Notes: generated by a model not told the origin, from the sequence alone. Numbered from the stretch's first letter, positions 7,831-17,825 are shown. The stretch is DNA of 30,623 nucleotides from an uncultured Erysipelotrichaceae bacterium (GCA_964401865.1 CAYNZZ010000014.1:1-30623), one strand, 5' to 3'. Numbers and translations: made by a program.

Positions 7831-9453
7831 TTATAGTTGATGGAAACTTAAATCAAAGTATTTAATTGATTTTAAGTAATGTTCTTTACTATATGTAACT
7901 AATTGATAAGCAGTTTTACCGTCGACATATGCGTAATCAAATACAGAATATTCATTTAATTCATGTTCGTCATAGCCTTCTTTGATTAGTTTTTTATAGA
8001 ATGTTTTTCTTGTTTCTATAGATGGCCGTTCAAATAAAGATTTGGGCTTTTCTTTGAACTGATAATAGTAATCATTCAATAAAAGCTCTCTGGCTAGTTT
8101 GACATTGAAATGAATCATGGTTTCATATAATTTAATAAAGTAGTCTTTAACTTGAATTTTATCGACAGCCACTATCTTGCTTCCGAAAGTAGCCATGATT
8201 TCAAAAATATCATATCCTTCTTTAAATAAAGTATCGAAAGTAATTCTTAGGCGATGATTATTATAAGTTTTATCAATCACTTTAGCTACCAGTTTGATTT
8301 TATTCATCTCTTGTTTACTTATCCATTTAGTTGATAAAACTTCGTACGGTGGTAAAGAATTATATTTTATTTCATATTCGCCGTCTTCAGATTTTAATTT
8401 TGTTCCCTTTAGTAACTTTAAAATACCCATTTGTATCTCATCAGTGTTTAACGCAAAGAGTTTAAAGAAGGACTCTTTAAAACTTTGATATCCCTCGTAT
8501 GGCAAACCAGCAATCAAATCGGTATGCATGACAGTATCATTTTGTTTAAGATATTTAATATTAGCGCATAATTTTTCGGTATTTTGATAGCGGTGAATGG
8601 CTTTTAAAGTTTTATCATTAAACGATTGAACGCCGACTTCAAAACGGAATCTGTCTTTGTTTGCTTGATTAAAGAATTCTAATAGTTCTTTAGAGAAGAA
8701 TTCTAAAGCTACTTCAAACTGAAAAGATGTATTAACATTTAACCCGTTGATAAAGCTTGCAATTTGTAAAGCTCTTTTTGGATTAGAGTTAAACGTGTGG
8801 TCTAAAAACTTTACTTGTTTAACCGGATGTGTTTCAATCTTTTTTAGTTCTCTTTTGACATAATCAAGCGAGAAGTTTCTAATGTGATTATCTAAAGAAG
8901 ATAAACAATACGAACACTGATAAGGACAACCTCTGCTAGTTTCAAAATATAGATAACGATTGGCTCTATTGTCATCGTCAATGCTTAAAAAGTAAGGACT
9001 TTCTAAACTTTCTAAGTATGAAATGTCAACGGTGCCTAGTACTTTTGACTCGTAAGTTTTAGTTACCAATCCATCGACATTTTCTTCTTTGTTGCAAGCC
9101 TTCCAAAAGCTAATCTCGCCTTCGCCTTTAATGATTCCTTCGATATTTTCATCTAACCAATGATGATACTCATAACTGACCTCTGGGCCACCTAAAAGGA
9201 TACGATATTTATTTTGCGGTAAAGTTCTGATTAGTTCTTTAGTTATTTCAGCATTCCATATGTAAACGCTCATTCCGATAATGTCGGGACTTAATAATTC
9301 TATTTCTTTTTTAACTTTATTTATGTCATCTTTGATAGTATATTCTCTAATTTCGACATCGTAATTTTTATCTCTTGCGACGTATAACCAACGCAGTGCT
9401 AAATTAGGATGAATGTAAGATGCATTAAAAGTCATTAATAAAACTTTTGGCAT
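7831..9453 (-). CDS. B12-binding-domain radical SAM protein with a C-terminal DUF4080-like extension
   Basis: 540 aa with a Rossmann-like B12-type N-terminal region and the radical SAM cluster motif SRGCPYQCSYC. Function unknown. Confidence 0.75.
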   Translation of the reverse strand: MPKVLLMTFNASYIHPNLALRWLYVARDKNYDVEIREYTIKDDINKVKKEIELLSPDIIGMSVYIWNAEITKELIRTLPQNKYRILLGGPEVSYEYHHWLDENIEGIIKGEGEISFWKACNKEENVDGLVTKTYESKVLGTVDISYLESLESPYFLSIDDDNRANRYLYFETSRGCPYQCSYCLSSLDNHIRNFSLDYVKRELKKIETHPVKQVKFLDHTFNSNPKRALQIASFINGLNVNTSFQFEVALEFFSKELLEFFNQANKDRFRFEVGVQSFNDKTLKAIHRYQNTEKLCANIKYLKQNDTVMHTDLIAGLPYEGYQSFKESFFKLFALNTDEIQMGILKLLKGTKLKSEDGEYEIKYNSLPPYEVLSTKWISKQEMNKIKLVAKVIDKTYNNHRLRITFDTLFKEGYDIFEIMATFGSKIVAVDKIQVKDYFIKLYETMIHFNVKLARELLLNDYYYQFKEKPKSLFERPSIETRKTFYKKLIKEGYDEHELNEYSVFDYAYVDGKTAYQLVTYSKEHYLKSIKYFDLSFHQL

Positions 9454-9459
9454 AACACA

Positions 9460-9465
9460 ATTATA
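9460..9465 (-). promoter_or_regulatory. -10 hexamer TATAAT placed 6 nt upstream of the radical-SAM ATG (leaderless-mRNA candidate)
   Basis: The minus strand reads TATAAT-TGTGTT-ATG. No SD sequence is present, and the whole divergent spacer to cutC is 27 bp. Confidence 0.4.
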
Positions 9466-9480
9466 TATTAAAATATAAAT

Positions 9481-10188
9481 ATGAAGAAAGTTAGTTTAGA
9501 AATATGTTGTGGCGGTATCGAAGATGTAATGACAGTTAAAGATTTGGACATCGATAGGATCGAGCTTAATTCCGCCTTAGAATTAGGTGGTCTTACACCA
9601 AGTATTTCCGTATTGAAAAAGGCGAAAGAAATATGCAATTTACCAATTATGACTATGGTAAGGTCGATGCCCGGTTCTTTTATTTATAGTAAAGAAGAGT
9701 TAGGAATAATGTATCAAGATGCTAAAATATTGATTGAAAATGGTAGTGATGGTTTAGTTTTTGGTGTTTTAGATAATGATGGGAATGTCGACATTGAAAA
9801 TCTGAAACCATTTGTGAAATTATCTAAAGACAATAAGAAACAATTTGTTTTTCATAAGGCTTTTGACTATGTGAAAAATCAGGAAAAAGAAATAAATAGT
9901 TTAATTAATCTAGGTGTAGATCGCATACTTTTAATGGGTGAAAAAGATATAGATGATTGTGCCGACAATATTAGATATTTAAATGATAAATATAAGGAAA
10001 AAATTGAACTTTTAGCCGGTGGTGGTTTGAATGAAGAAAATATCTTATCTTTTATAAAAAGGAGCGGTATTTCGATGTGCCATGGAACATTTAAAGAAAA
10101 AAGATACGATGATATAACTGATTCGAGTAAATATTATGTTTGTCGAAAAAGAGCTCAAGAGATAATAAAGATTATTCAAAATATGTGA
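9481..10188 (+). CDS. cutC: CutC-family copper homeostasis protein
   Basis: 235 aa. The segments LEICCGGIED, RIELNSALELGGLTPS, DGLVFGVLDNDGNVD and FHKAFD line up with E. coli CutC as I recall it. Confidence 0.85.
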   Translation: MKKVSLEICCGGIEDVMTVKDLDIDRIELNSALELGGLTPSISVLKKAKEICNLPIMTMVRSMPGSFIYSKEELGIMYQDAKILIENGSDGLVFGVLDNDGNVDIENLKPFVKLSKDNKKQFVFHKAFDYVKNQEKEINSLINLGVDRILLMGEKDIDDCADNIRYLNDKYKEKIELLAGGGLNEENILSFIKRSGISMCHGTFKEKRYDDITDSSKYYVCRKRAQEIIKIIQNM

Positions 10189-10198
10189 TGAGGCAAGA

Positions 10199-10621
10199 AT
10201 GATTAGAAAATTTAAACTTGATGATATAGATGAAGTAATGCATATTTGGCTTGATGCAAATTTAAAAGTGCATAATTTTATAAAAAGTGGGCACTGGAAA
10301 GATAATTATAATTATGTAAAAGAAGCATTGCCTGGGGCAGAAGTATATGTTTATTTAATCGATGATGAAATAGTTGGCTTCATCGGTTTAAATAATAATT
10401 ATATCGAAGGATTATTTGTACATCAAAGTTTTCAAGGCAAAGGTGTAGGCACTTCTTTGTTGAACAAAGCAAAGGAAAATCAAGACACACTATCTTTAAA
10501 TGTGTACAAGAAAAATAAAGATGCCATTAAGTTCTATACAAAGAATGGTTTTAGAATTACATATGAAAAGTTTGATGATAGTGTTAAAGAGATAGAATAT
10601 TTAATGAATTGGGTAAAATAA
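10199..10621 (+). CDS. GNAT-family N-acetyltransferase
   Basis: 140 aa with the acetyl-CoA motif A (QGKGVGTSLLNKA) and YTKNGF near the C-terminus. Confidence 0.8.
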   Translation: MIRKFKLDDIDEVMHIWLDANLKVHNFIKSGHWKDNYNYVKEALPGAEVYVYLIDDEIVGFIGLNNNYIEGLFVHQSFQGKGVGTSLLNKAKENQDTLSLNVYKKNKDAIKFYTKNGFRITYEKFDDSVKEIEYLMNWVK

Positions 10622-10639
10622 AAGTAGCACTTTGCTACT
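10612..10639 (-). terminator. Intrinsic terminator of the 132-aa gene (AGTAGCA-AAG-TGCTACT followed by TTTATTTTA on the minus strand)
   Basis: 7-bp stem at 10623-10629/10633-10639 that includes the TAG stop, with a T-rich tail in the minus direction. Confidence 0.55.
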
Positions 10640-11033
10640 CGGCTTGGGCCCAAGAAGGAACTTCTAGACCTCGGTGGATAATAATCGATTTTTGGAATTC
10701 AGTTTGATTCAAAAACTGTAATATAGTTTCCTCTTCCTCTTCGCTTACGCCAATTAAGATTTTTACTTCAAGATCTTTCTTCAAAATATCAGCGCAGACG
10801 ATAATCGCATTGACTTCTTTTCTATTGCTGCCGATAAAACAAGCAATCAAGTCTTCGTTTTCATCTTCTAGCGTCTTTAGATAACCATAATCACATGGAT
10901 ACTGAAGATTAGGGTATTGAGGATGAAGACTTCCTTTTTTGCGAGTCAGTTCAAAACTGCTCGAAAGATAGAGAGTATCTACTTTTTGCCAAAATAAGGC
11001 GTTATTTTGAAATTCTTTATTTGTGTACATCAA
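10635..11033 (-). CDS. Small conserved protein, possibly inorganic-pyrophosphatase-like
   Basis: 132 aa. The HPQYPNLQYPCDYGYL segment resembles the YPxxYG motif of family I PPases. This call is from memory only. Confidence 0.35.
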   Translation of the reverse strand: MMYTNKEFQNNALFWQKVDTLYLSSSFELTRKKGSLHPQYPNLQYPCDYGYLKTLEDENEDLIACFIGSNRKEVNAIIVCADILKKDLEVKILIGVSEEEEETILQFLNQTEFQKSIIIHRGLEVPSWAQAE

Positions 11034-11087
11034 CTAAAATTGTAGTATATTTTCATAATAATGTAAATATGTAATACAATGTAAAAT

Positions 11088-11642
11088 TTACATATTATGT
11101 TTTAAAGACATATTAACTGCGCTTAATAATTCGCTGACGTCATAGATGGAAGCCAGTTCCATTGCCTTTAAGACTATCATCATACAACAGTAAGCATCAC
11201 TGGCGGCATTATGGTGATGAAATGCTAAACCGAGATGTTCACTTACGGTATTTAGCTTGTGATTGATAAGATTAGGGAAAACTTTTCTTGAAAAAATGAC
11301 AGTATCAAAATAAGAATTTTCAAAATGTTTCAAACCATAGAAATCTAAGGTATTATTTAGCACCGTCAAATCGAATTTAGCATTATGTGCAATAATGATT
11401 GCGTCATCAAATACTTTGACTAATTTATCATAGTAAAAATCAAAAGACGGAGCATCTTTAATGTCTTGATATGTAATGCCATGCACAAATGTATTAGTGA
11501 AAAAACAGTACTTCTTAGGTGGTTTGATATACCATTCAAATTGATCGTACAAAACGCCATTTTCATAGATGCATATACCAAGTGAACAGGCACTGCAGAA
11601 ACTGCTATTAGCTGTTTCAAAATCGATAGCTACTATTTTCAT
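11088..11642 (-). CDS. DEDDh 3'-5' exonuclease (DnaQ/epsilon-like)
   Basis: 184 aa with Exo I (AIDFETAN), Exo II (IIAHNAKFDLTVL) and Exo III (HHHNAASDAY). The start overlaps the upstream stop (ATGA). Confidence 0.9.
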   Translation of the reverse strand: MKIVAIDFETANSSFCSACSLGICIYENGVLYDQFEWYIKPPKKYCFFTNTFVHGITYQDIKDAPSFDFYYDKLVKVFDDAIIIAHNAKFDLTVLNNTLDFYGLKHFENSYFDTVIFSRKVFPNLINHKLNTVSEHLGLAFHHHNAASDAYCCMMIVLKAMELASIYDVSELLSAVNMSLKHNM

Positions 11643-12085
11643 TTTTTTCGTGTCACTTTTTTCTTTTTACCTGGCGCATACATATTTAGCAACCTTTCGG
11701 TTTTTCGAGGGCCAAAACATTCGATGATGATGGTACTGCCATCCTTTAACTCAAAGCACAATTCATCGTTATATACTTTCTTGATATATAGCCAGTTTAC
11801 AATTTCGTTATAATAAATCATAAAGCAATCATAGTGATTAGCTTTATTGTAGATGACGGCATAGTCGGAAGAAAATTCTAAAAGAATTCGACGAGGCAAG
11901 AAAAAAACAGCGAATATGCCAAGTGAGACGAGGGCAAAACCGGTGACTTTTAGATTATTGATTATTGATAGGCAAAATCCTATGCCAGTCAATACAACAA
12001 TTGCGGAATATGGTTTTGCGTCAATTCTGAAATCTACAATCCTATCTTGTGGCAAATTATAAGATTTAATCGCTTTACTTTTCAT
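11639..12085 (-). CDS. Hypothetical membrane protein with two TM helices and a C-terminal soluble domain ending in a Lys-rich tail
   Basis: Hydrophobic stretches AIVVLTGIGFCLSII and GFALVSLGIFAVFFL. I set the start at the ATG at 12085; the ORF-track start at 12091 is a TTG. The gene is translationally coupled to the exonuclease. Confidence 0.6.
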   Translation of the reverse strand: MKSKAIKSYNLPQDRIVDFRIDAKPYSAIVVLTGIGFCLSIINNLKVTGFALVSLGIFAVFFLPRRILLEFSSDYAVIYNKANHYDCFMIYYNEIVNWLYIKKVYNDELCFELKDGSTIIIECFGPRKTERLLNMYAPGKKKKVTRKK

Positions 12086-12091
12086 AAACAA

Positions 12092-12100
12092 ATTATAACA
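12092..12100 (-). promoter_or_regulatory. Extended -10 promoter TGTTATAAT placed 6 nt upstream of the ATG at 12085 (leaderless-mRNA candidate)
   Basis: The minus strand reads TGT-TATAAT-TTGTTT-ATG with no SD sequence. Confidence 0.45.
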
Positions 12101-12110
12101 CAGTTTATGA

Positions 12111-13258
<1,148 letters not shown>

Positions 13259-13259
<1 letters not shown>

Positions 13260-14287
13260 TGAATATCGATGAATTTGATTTTGAATTACCTGAAGAATTA
13301 ATTGCGCAGCATCCAAGCGATAAACGTGATGAATCAAGACTTTTAGTTTTACATAAAAACACAGGCGAAATTGAACACAAACATTTTTTTGATATTATTG
13401 ATTATCTAAGACCAGGAGATGTTTTAGTGCGCAATAATTCTAAAGTTATTCCGGCAAGACTTCATGGAGTTAAAGAGCCGACAGGGGCAGTGGTAGAACT
13501 ATTGATTTTAAGCATTAAAGAAAACGATATTTGTGAATGTTTGTGCGGTAATGCCAAAGCAATTAAATTAAACACTATCATAAATTGTAATGATATTTTA
13601 AAAGCTGAGTGTATCGAAGTAAAAGATGAAGGTATTAGACTATTTAAAATGCATTATGAGGGTATCTTTTTAGAAGTTTTGGAAAAACTCGGGCAAATGC
13701 CTCTACCTCCATATATTCATGAAAAATTGAAGGATCAAAGTCGTTATCAAAACGTATATGCCAAGATACTTGGCAGTGCTGCCTGTCCTACTGCTGGTTT
13801 GCATTTTACACCTGAACTTAACGATAGATTATTAAATAAAGGCGTGCAAATCGAAGAAGTTACGCTTCATGTCGGTTTAGGTACTTTCAAACCGGTTAAA
13901 GCACAAAATGTTGAAGAACATCATATGCATAAAGAATACTATATGATGTCTGATGAAACGGCGAAAAGATTAAACGATGCCAAAACAGAAGGCAGAAGAA
14001 TAATTGCCGTAGGAACTACATCAACTCGGACGTTAGAAACAATCTATTCTAAGTATGGTGAATTCAAAGGCTCAGATGGGCAAACGAATATCTTTATCTA
14101 TCCGCCATACAAAATACAATCAATCGATGCTCAAATTACTAATTTTCATTTGCCTAAATCGACTTTAATTATGATGATATCGGCGTTTGCTGGTAAAGAT
14201 ATGATCATGAACGCATATAAAGAAGCTATAAAAGAGAAATATCGTTTCTTTTCGTTTGGCGACAGTATGTTTATCGATAATGAATAG
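13259..14287 (+). CDS. queA: S-adenosylmethionine:tRNA ribosyltransferase-isomerase
   Basis: 342 aa with [23 protein letters not shown] and FFSFGD. There is a TAATG overlap with tgt. Confidence 0.97.
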
Positions 14288-14317
14288 TAGCAGAATATTA
14301 ATATAACTCAAAAAAAC

Positions 14318-14350
14318 GAGCTTTATGCATATATGTAAAAGCTCTTTTTT
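14318..14350 (+). terminator. Intrinsic terminator after queA (GAGCTTT-loop-AAAGCTC followed by TTTTTT)
   Basis: 7-bp stem, 13-nt loop and a 6-T run. Confidence 0.65.
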
Positions 14351-14432
14351 ATTATTTAACTTAGATCATAAAAAATTATTGAATAATGGCGAGAACTCGT
14401 AAAACAGTTTTTAAAAAATTTAACTATTTTAC

Positions 14433-14463
14433 GGCATCTGCCAGGCAGGGTGCCTTACTTTTT
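14433..14463 (+). terminator. Orphan GC-rich hairpin with a T-rich tail (GGCAtCTGC-CAG-GCAGggTGCC followed by TTACTTTTT)
   Basis: The only GC-rich patch in a 270-bp AT-rich spacer. No annotated gene ends here. Confidence 0.35.
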
Positions 14464-14504
14464 AAATGAATATTCAGTGTAATTTAGCTTATTTTTTTAT
14501 CGTA

Positions 14505-14533
14505 TTGACAATGTAAGCGTTTTAATTTATTAT
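14505..14533 (+). promoter_or_regulatory. Near-consensus sigma-A promoter of the GntR/ABC/nanE/nanK operon (TTGACA-17 nt-TATTAT)
   Basis: The -35 TTGACA is at 14505-14510, followed by a 17-nt spacer and the -10 TATTAT at 14528-14533. Confidence 0.6.
14511..14525. promoter_or_regulatory. cre-like (CcpA) site ATGTAAGCGTTTTAA inside the promoter spacer
   Basis: Fits WTGNAANCGNWNNCW with one mismatch (A where the distal conserved C is expected). Confidence 0.35.
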
Positions 14534-14534
14534 G

Positions 14535-14546
14535 TTGTTATAACAA
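14535..14546. promoter_or_regulatory. Perfect 12-bp palindrome TTGTTATAACAA, candidate GntR/HutC-type operator
   Basis: Fits the generic GntR-family GT-N-AC palindrome pattern. It lies between the -10 and the RBS of the GntR gene. Confidence 0.45.
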
Positions 14547-14558
14547 GTGAGGTACTTA

Positions 14559-15284
14559 ATGCTTATTAAATATAGTGGAGAAACCGCTTACAGCCAAGTT
14601 AAAAAAGATATTGAGTATAAGATTACGCATGATGTGTATAAGGTTGGAGATAAACTACCGACAAACGTGCAGTTATGTGATATCTACGATGTATCTAGAA
14701 TAACCATTAATAGAGCATTGGCTGAATTAGAATCTGAAGGCTATATTGAAAAACATCAAGGAAAAGGCTGTTATGTGAAATTTAAAGAAATTAGTCAAGA
14801 TATGTCTAATTTCTATAGTTTTACCGATGAATTAAAGAAGATGAATATGGAGCCGGGAAGTATTTTTGTATCTTTAAAACTTATGAAACCCGATAATGAA
14901 ATATCTACGGCCCTAGATATTAGAAATGATGAGATGGTATATCGTTTGAAGAGGTTAAGACTGGCTAATGGTGCAGTAGTGGCTTTTGATAGATCTTATA
15001 TTCCTGAAAAGTATATTCCCAATTTTAAAAAAGAAATGCTAAATGAAAACAACGGTTCGTTGTATGAAACATTGACTAACAATTATGGTTTTAGACCAAA
15101 TCATTCTGAAGAAACTATCGAAGCAATTATTATTGATGATTATGCAGCTGAGATTATGAATATGGAAGCTAAAAGTCCGGCTTTGTTAGTTAAACGTGTA
15201 TCGTATTATAACGATAAAAAAATTGAATTTAACTTTCGTATCGTGAATTCTAAAGTATTCAAATACAAGATGTCATTGAGATGA
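14559..15284 (+). CDS. GntR-family transcriptional regulator, HutC/NagR subfamily (wHTH plus UTRA effector domain)
   Basis: The wHTH reads LPTNVQLCDIYDVSRITINRALAELESEGYIEKHQGKGCYV, with a UTRA-sized C-terminal domain. I moved the start to the ATG at 14559 (GTGAGG RBS); the ORF-track start at 14547 is a GTG inside that RBS. Confidence 0.85.
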   Translation: MLIKYSGETAYSQVKKDIEYKITHDVYKVGDKLPTNVQLCDIYDVSRITINRALAELESEGYIEKHQGKGCYVKFKEISQDMSNFYSFTDELKKMNMEPGSIFVSLKLMKPDNEISTALDIRNDEMVYRLKRLRLANGAVVAFDRSYIPEKYIPNFKKEMLNENNGSLYETLTNNYGFRPNHSEETIEAIIIDDYAAEIMNMEAKSPALLVKRVSYYNDKKIEFNFRIVNSKVFKYKMSLR

Positions 15285-15323
15285 GAGTTAAAGATATAAA
15301 ATGCCATTTAATAGGAGGTCATT

Positions 15324-16295
15324 ATGATTAAAAAGGTATTTATGGTTCTAGTTTGTATGCTTATGCTTGTTGCTTGTACAAACGGTGATGACAAGCAAAC
15401 AAATCCTGGCAAAACAGACGACACTCAAAAAGAAACTCTAAAAGTTGCTTATTCTGTTCAGTCATTAGATAACGAATATTTCGTTACTTTAGCTAATGGC
15501 GTAGAAGAATATGCAAAAAGTCTTGGCTATGAAGTAGAAATTACAAACGGTAACCAAGATATTGCTGCTCAAATTTCTCAAGTTGAAAACTTCATCGAAA
15601 AAGGTGTTGATATCATCATTATCTCTCCTGTTAGTGATACAGGTTTGGAAGATGTAGTTAAGAGAGCTACTGAAGCAGGTATTACTGTTGTGGCAGCTAA
15701 CCAAAACTTTGAAGGTTCTCAAGCTTTCGTTACAATCCCTGAATACAATTTAGGTAGAGCTTTGGGTGATGCTTGTGGTAAATATATCGCTGAAACTTGG
15801 GGTGATGAAGCTGTTGATGTTTTAGTATTAGATTATCCAGATATCGAATCTATCGTGCCTAGAGGTGATGGTATGAGAGATGGTATCAAAGAATTTGCTC
15901 CTAATGCTAATATCGTTCAAAGTATTTCTGCTAATACTGTTGAAAAGGGTACTAACGCAATGGAAACAGCTATTCAAATGTATCCAAATATTCAAGTAGT
16001 TATCGGTTGTAATGACGCTGCTGCATTAGGTGCATACAGTGTTGTAGAAGCTAATCATCTAGCTGATGACAATGATAAATTCTATATCGGTGGTATGGAT
16101 GGTACTGCTCAAGCATTAGATTTAATCAAGAATGGTACTGCATATAAAGCTACAATTGATATTAATGCTTCTGGTACAGGTAAGATTTTAGTAGATACAG
16201 CTTTACAAGTTAGAGAATCAGGACCAATTGCTGATCCAGTTGTTATTCCTTTAAATGTTGTTACTCCTACAAATGTTACTGAATTTATTAAATAA
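15324..16295 (+). CDS. Sugar ABC transporter substrate-binding lipoprotein (RbsB-like, PBP type 1, CUT2 family)
   Basis: Lipobox MLVAC|T followed by a typical ribose-binding-protein-like fold sequence (KVAYSVQSLDNEYFV...). AGGAGG RBS. Confidence 0.85.
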   Translation: MIKKVFMVLVCMLMLVACTNGDDKQTNPGKTDDTQKETLKVAYSVQSLDNEYFVTLANGVEEYAKSLGYEVEITNGNQDIAAQISQVENFIEKGVDIIIISPVSDTGLEDVVKRATEAGITVVAANQNFEGSQAFVTIPEYNLGRALGDACGKYIAETWGDEAVDVLVLDYPDIESIVPRGDGMRDGIKEFAPNANIVQSISANTVEKGTNAMETAIQMYPNIQVVIGCNDAAALGAYSVVEANHLADDNDKFYIGGMDGTAQALDLIKNGTAYKATIDINASGTGKILVDTALQVRESGPIADPVVIPLNVVTPTNVTEFIK

Positions 16296-16327
16296 TAGAA
16301 ATTAATTATTAAATTGGAGGTTCGATT

Positions 16328-17812
16328 ATGAATGGTGAAAAAGAAGTAATTCTTAGCTTAAAAGATGTAACCAAATCATATTACGGAGTTCCAGCTATCG
16401 AAAACATTAGTTTTGACATATATAAGGGTGAAATATATGGTTTAGTTGGTGAAAATGGTGCTGGCAAATCTACGCTTATCAAGACGATTGCCGGTGCCAT
16501 TGAATCCAATGGCGGAGAAATTTATTTTGATGGTAAAAAGCTCGTTTGTAAGTCTCCAAGTGATGCGATAAAAGCCGGAATAGGGGTTGTATACCAAGAG
16601 TTTAATCTATTCCCTAATTTAGCTGTTTATGAAAATATTTTTTATGGTGTTGAAATACAGAAAAATGGTTTTTTAGACAGAAAGGCAATGATTAAAAAAG
16701 CGCAGGAGACTATAAGTGAGCTTGGTTTTAATTTTGATGTTAGAACTAGAGTAAGTAAGTTATCGCCAGCTTTCCAACAGGCAACAGAAATTGCTAAGTG
16801 TATTAATCATAATGTAAAACTTATGATAATGGACGAGCCAAGTGCACCTTTAACTGAACATGAGGTCGAACAGATGTTTAGGGTTGTTAGAAAACTAAAC
16901 GATAGTGGAATTACAATTATATATATTTCTCACAAGTTGAATGAAATTTTAGATTTAACTAATCGAATTTCCATTTTGAGAGATGGTCATTACATTAGAA
17001 CAGTAAATACTTGTGATGTATGTGAAAATGATTTGATTCGCGATATGGTAGGTCGTGAAATTAATGACATTTATCCAGAAAAAGATTTAAGTGCTAAAGA
17101 AGTTGTACTTGAATGTGAGAATTTGGAAAACGATAAAGTTCATGGTGTTTCTTTCTCGCTTAGAAAGGGTGAAGTATTAGGCTTTGGTGGTCTTGCAGGA
17201 GCAGGACGTACTGAAACAATTAGAATCTTGTTTGGAGCTGACAACAAAACTGCTGGCACAATTAAGATTAAAGGACAAGTTGTGAATATTAAAGGACCAA
17301 AAGATGCGGTTAAAAATGGAATAGGTCTTATTCCGGAAGATCGTAAAACTCAAGGTCTTGTATTAAATAAAGATATATTTTTAAATAGTATTTTGCCTTC
17401 ACAAGATGCTTACAGCAAGTGGGGTTTCATTACATTTAAAAAGGCTAAAGAAGATATCAAAGAATTATATGATCTTTTAAAGATCAAAGCTCGTGGACTC
17501 GACCATAAAGTTATCAATCTATCTGGTGGCAATCAACAAAAGATCGTATTGGCTAAATGGTTATTGAAAGACTGTGATATCTTGATACTTGATGAACCGA
17601 CTAGAGGTATTGATGTTGGGACTAAACAAGAAATATACCAGTTAATTAAAGAATTGGCACAAGAAGGAAAAGCGATTATCGTAATCTCTTCAGAAATGCC
17701 TGAATTAATTGGTGTTAGTCATCGTATATTGGTTATGCGTGAAGGTCGTATTACTGGCGAATTGGTTGGCGATGATATTTCACAAGAGGCTATTATGACA
17801 TTAGCTTCTTAA
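16328..17812 (+). CDS. Sugar ABC transporter ATP-binding protein with two fused ABC domains (RbsA/MglA-like)
   Basis: 494 aa with Walker A GENGAGKST, a second P-loop GLAGAGRTE, the signature LSGGNQQK, and Walker B segments MIMDEPSA and LILDEPTRGID. Confidence 0.92.
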   Translation: MNGEKEVILSLKDVTKSYYGVPAIENISFDIYKGEIYGLVGENGAGKSTLIKTIAGAIESNGGEIYFDGKKLVCKSPSDAIKAGIGVVYQEFNLFPNLAVYENIFYGVEIQKNGFLDRKAMIKKAQETISELGFNFDVRTRVSKLSPAFQQATEIAKCINHNVKLMIMDEPSAPLTEHEVEQMFRVVRKLNDSGITIIYISHKLNEILDLTNRISILRDGHYIRTVNTCDVCENDLIRDMVGREINDIYPEKDLSAKEVVLECENLENDKVHGVSFSLRKGEVLGFGGLAGAGRTETIRILFGADNKTAGTIKIKGQVVNIKGPKDAVKNGIGLIPEDRKTQGLVLNKDIFLNSILPSQDAYSKWGFITFKKAKEDIKELYDLLKIKARGLDHKVINLSGGNQQKIVLAKWLLKDCDILILDEPTRGIDVGTKQEIYQLIKELAQEGKAIIVISSEMPELIGVSHRILVMREGRITGELVGDDISQEAIMTLAS

Positions 17813-17825
17813 TGAAAGGATTAGT

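Noticed and set aside
11034-11100. AT-only inverted repeat ATGTAAAT...ATTTACAT downstream of the exonuclease gene, considered as a terminator
   Set aside because: The stem is entirely A/T with a long loop, which makes it too weak to call in a region this AT-rich.
14386-14469. 27-codon basic ORF treated as a stand-alone gene call
   Set aside because: It has no SD or convincing promoter, and its 3' third coincides with the hairpin. I kept it only as a note within the junction finding and not as a feature.
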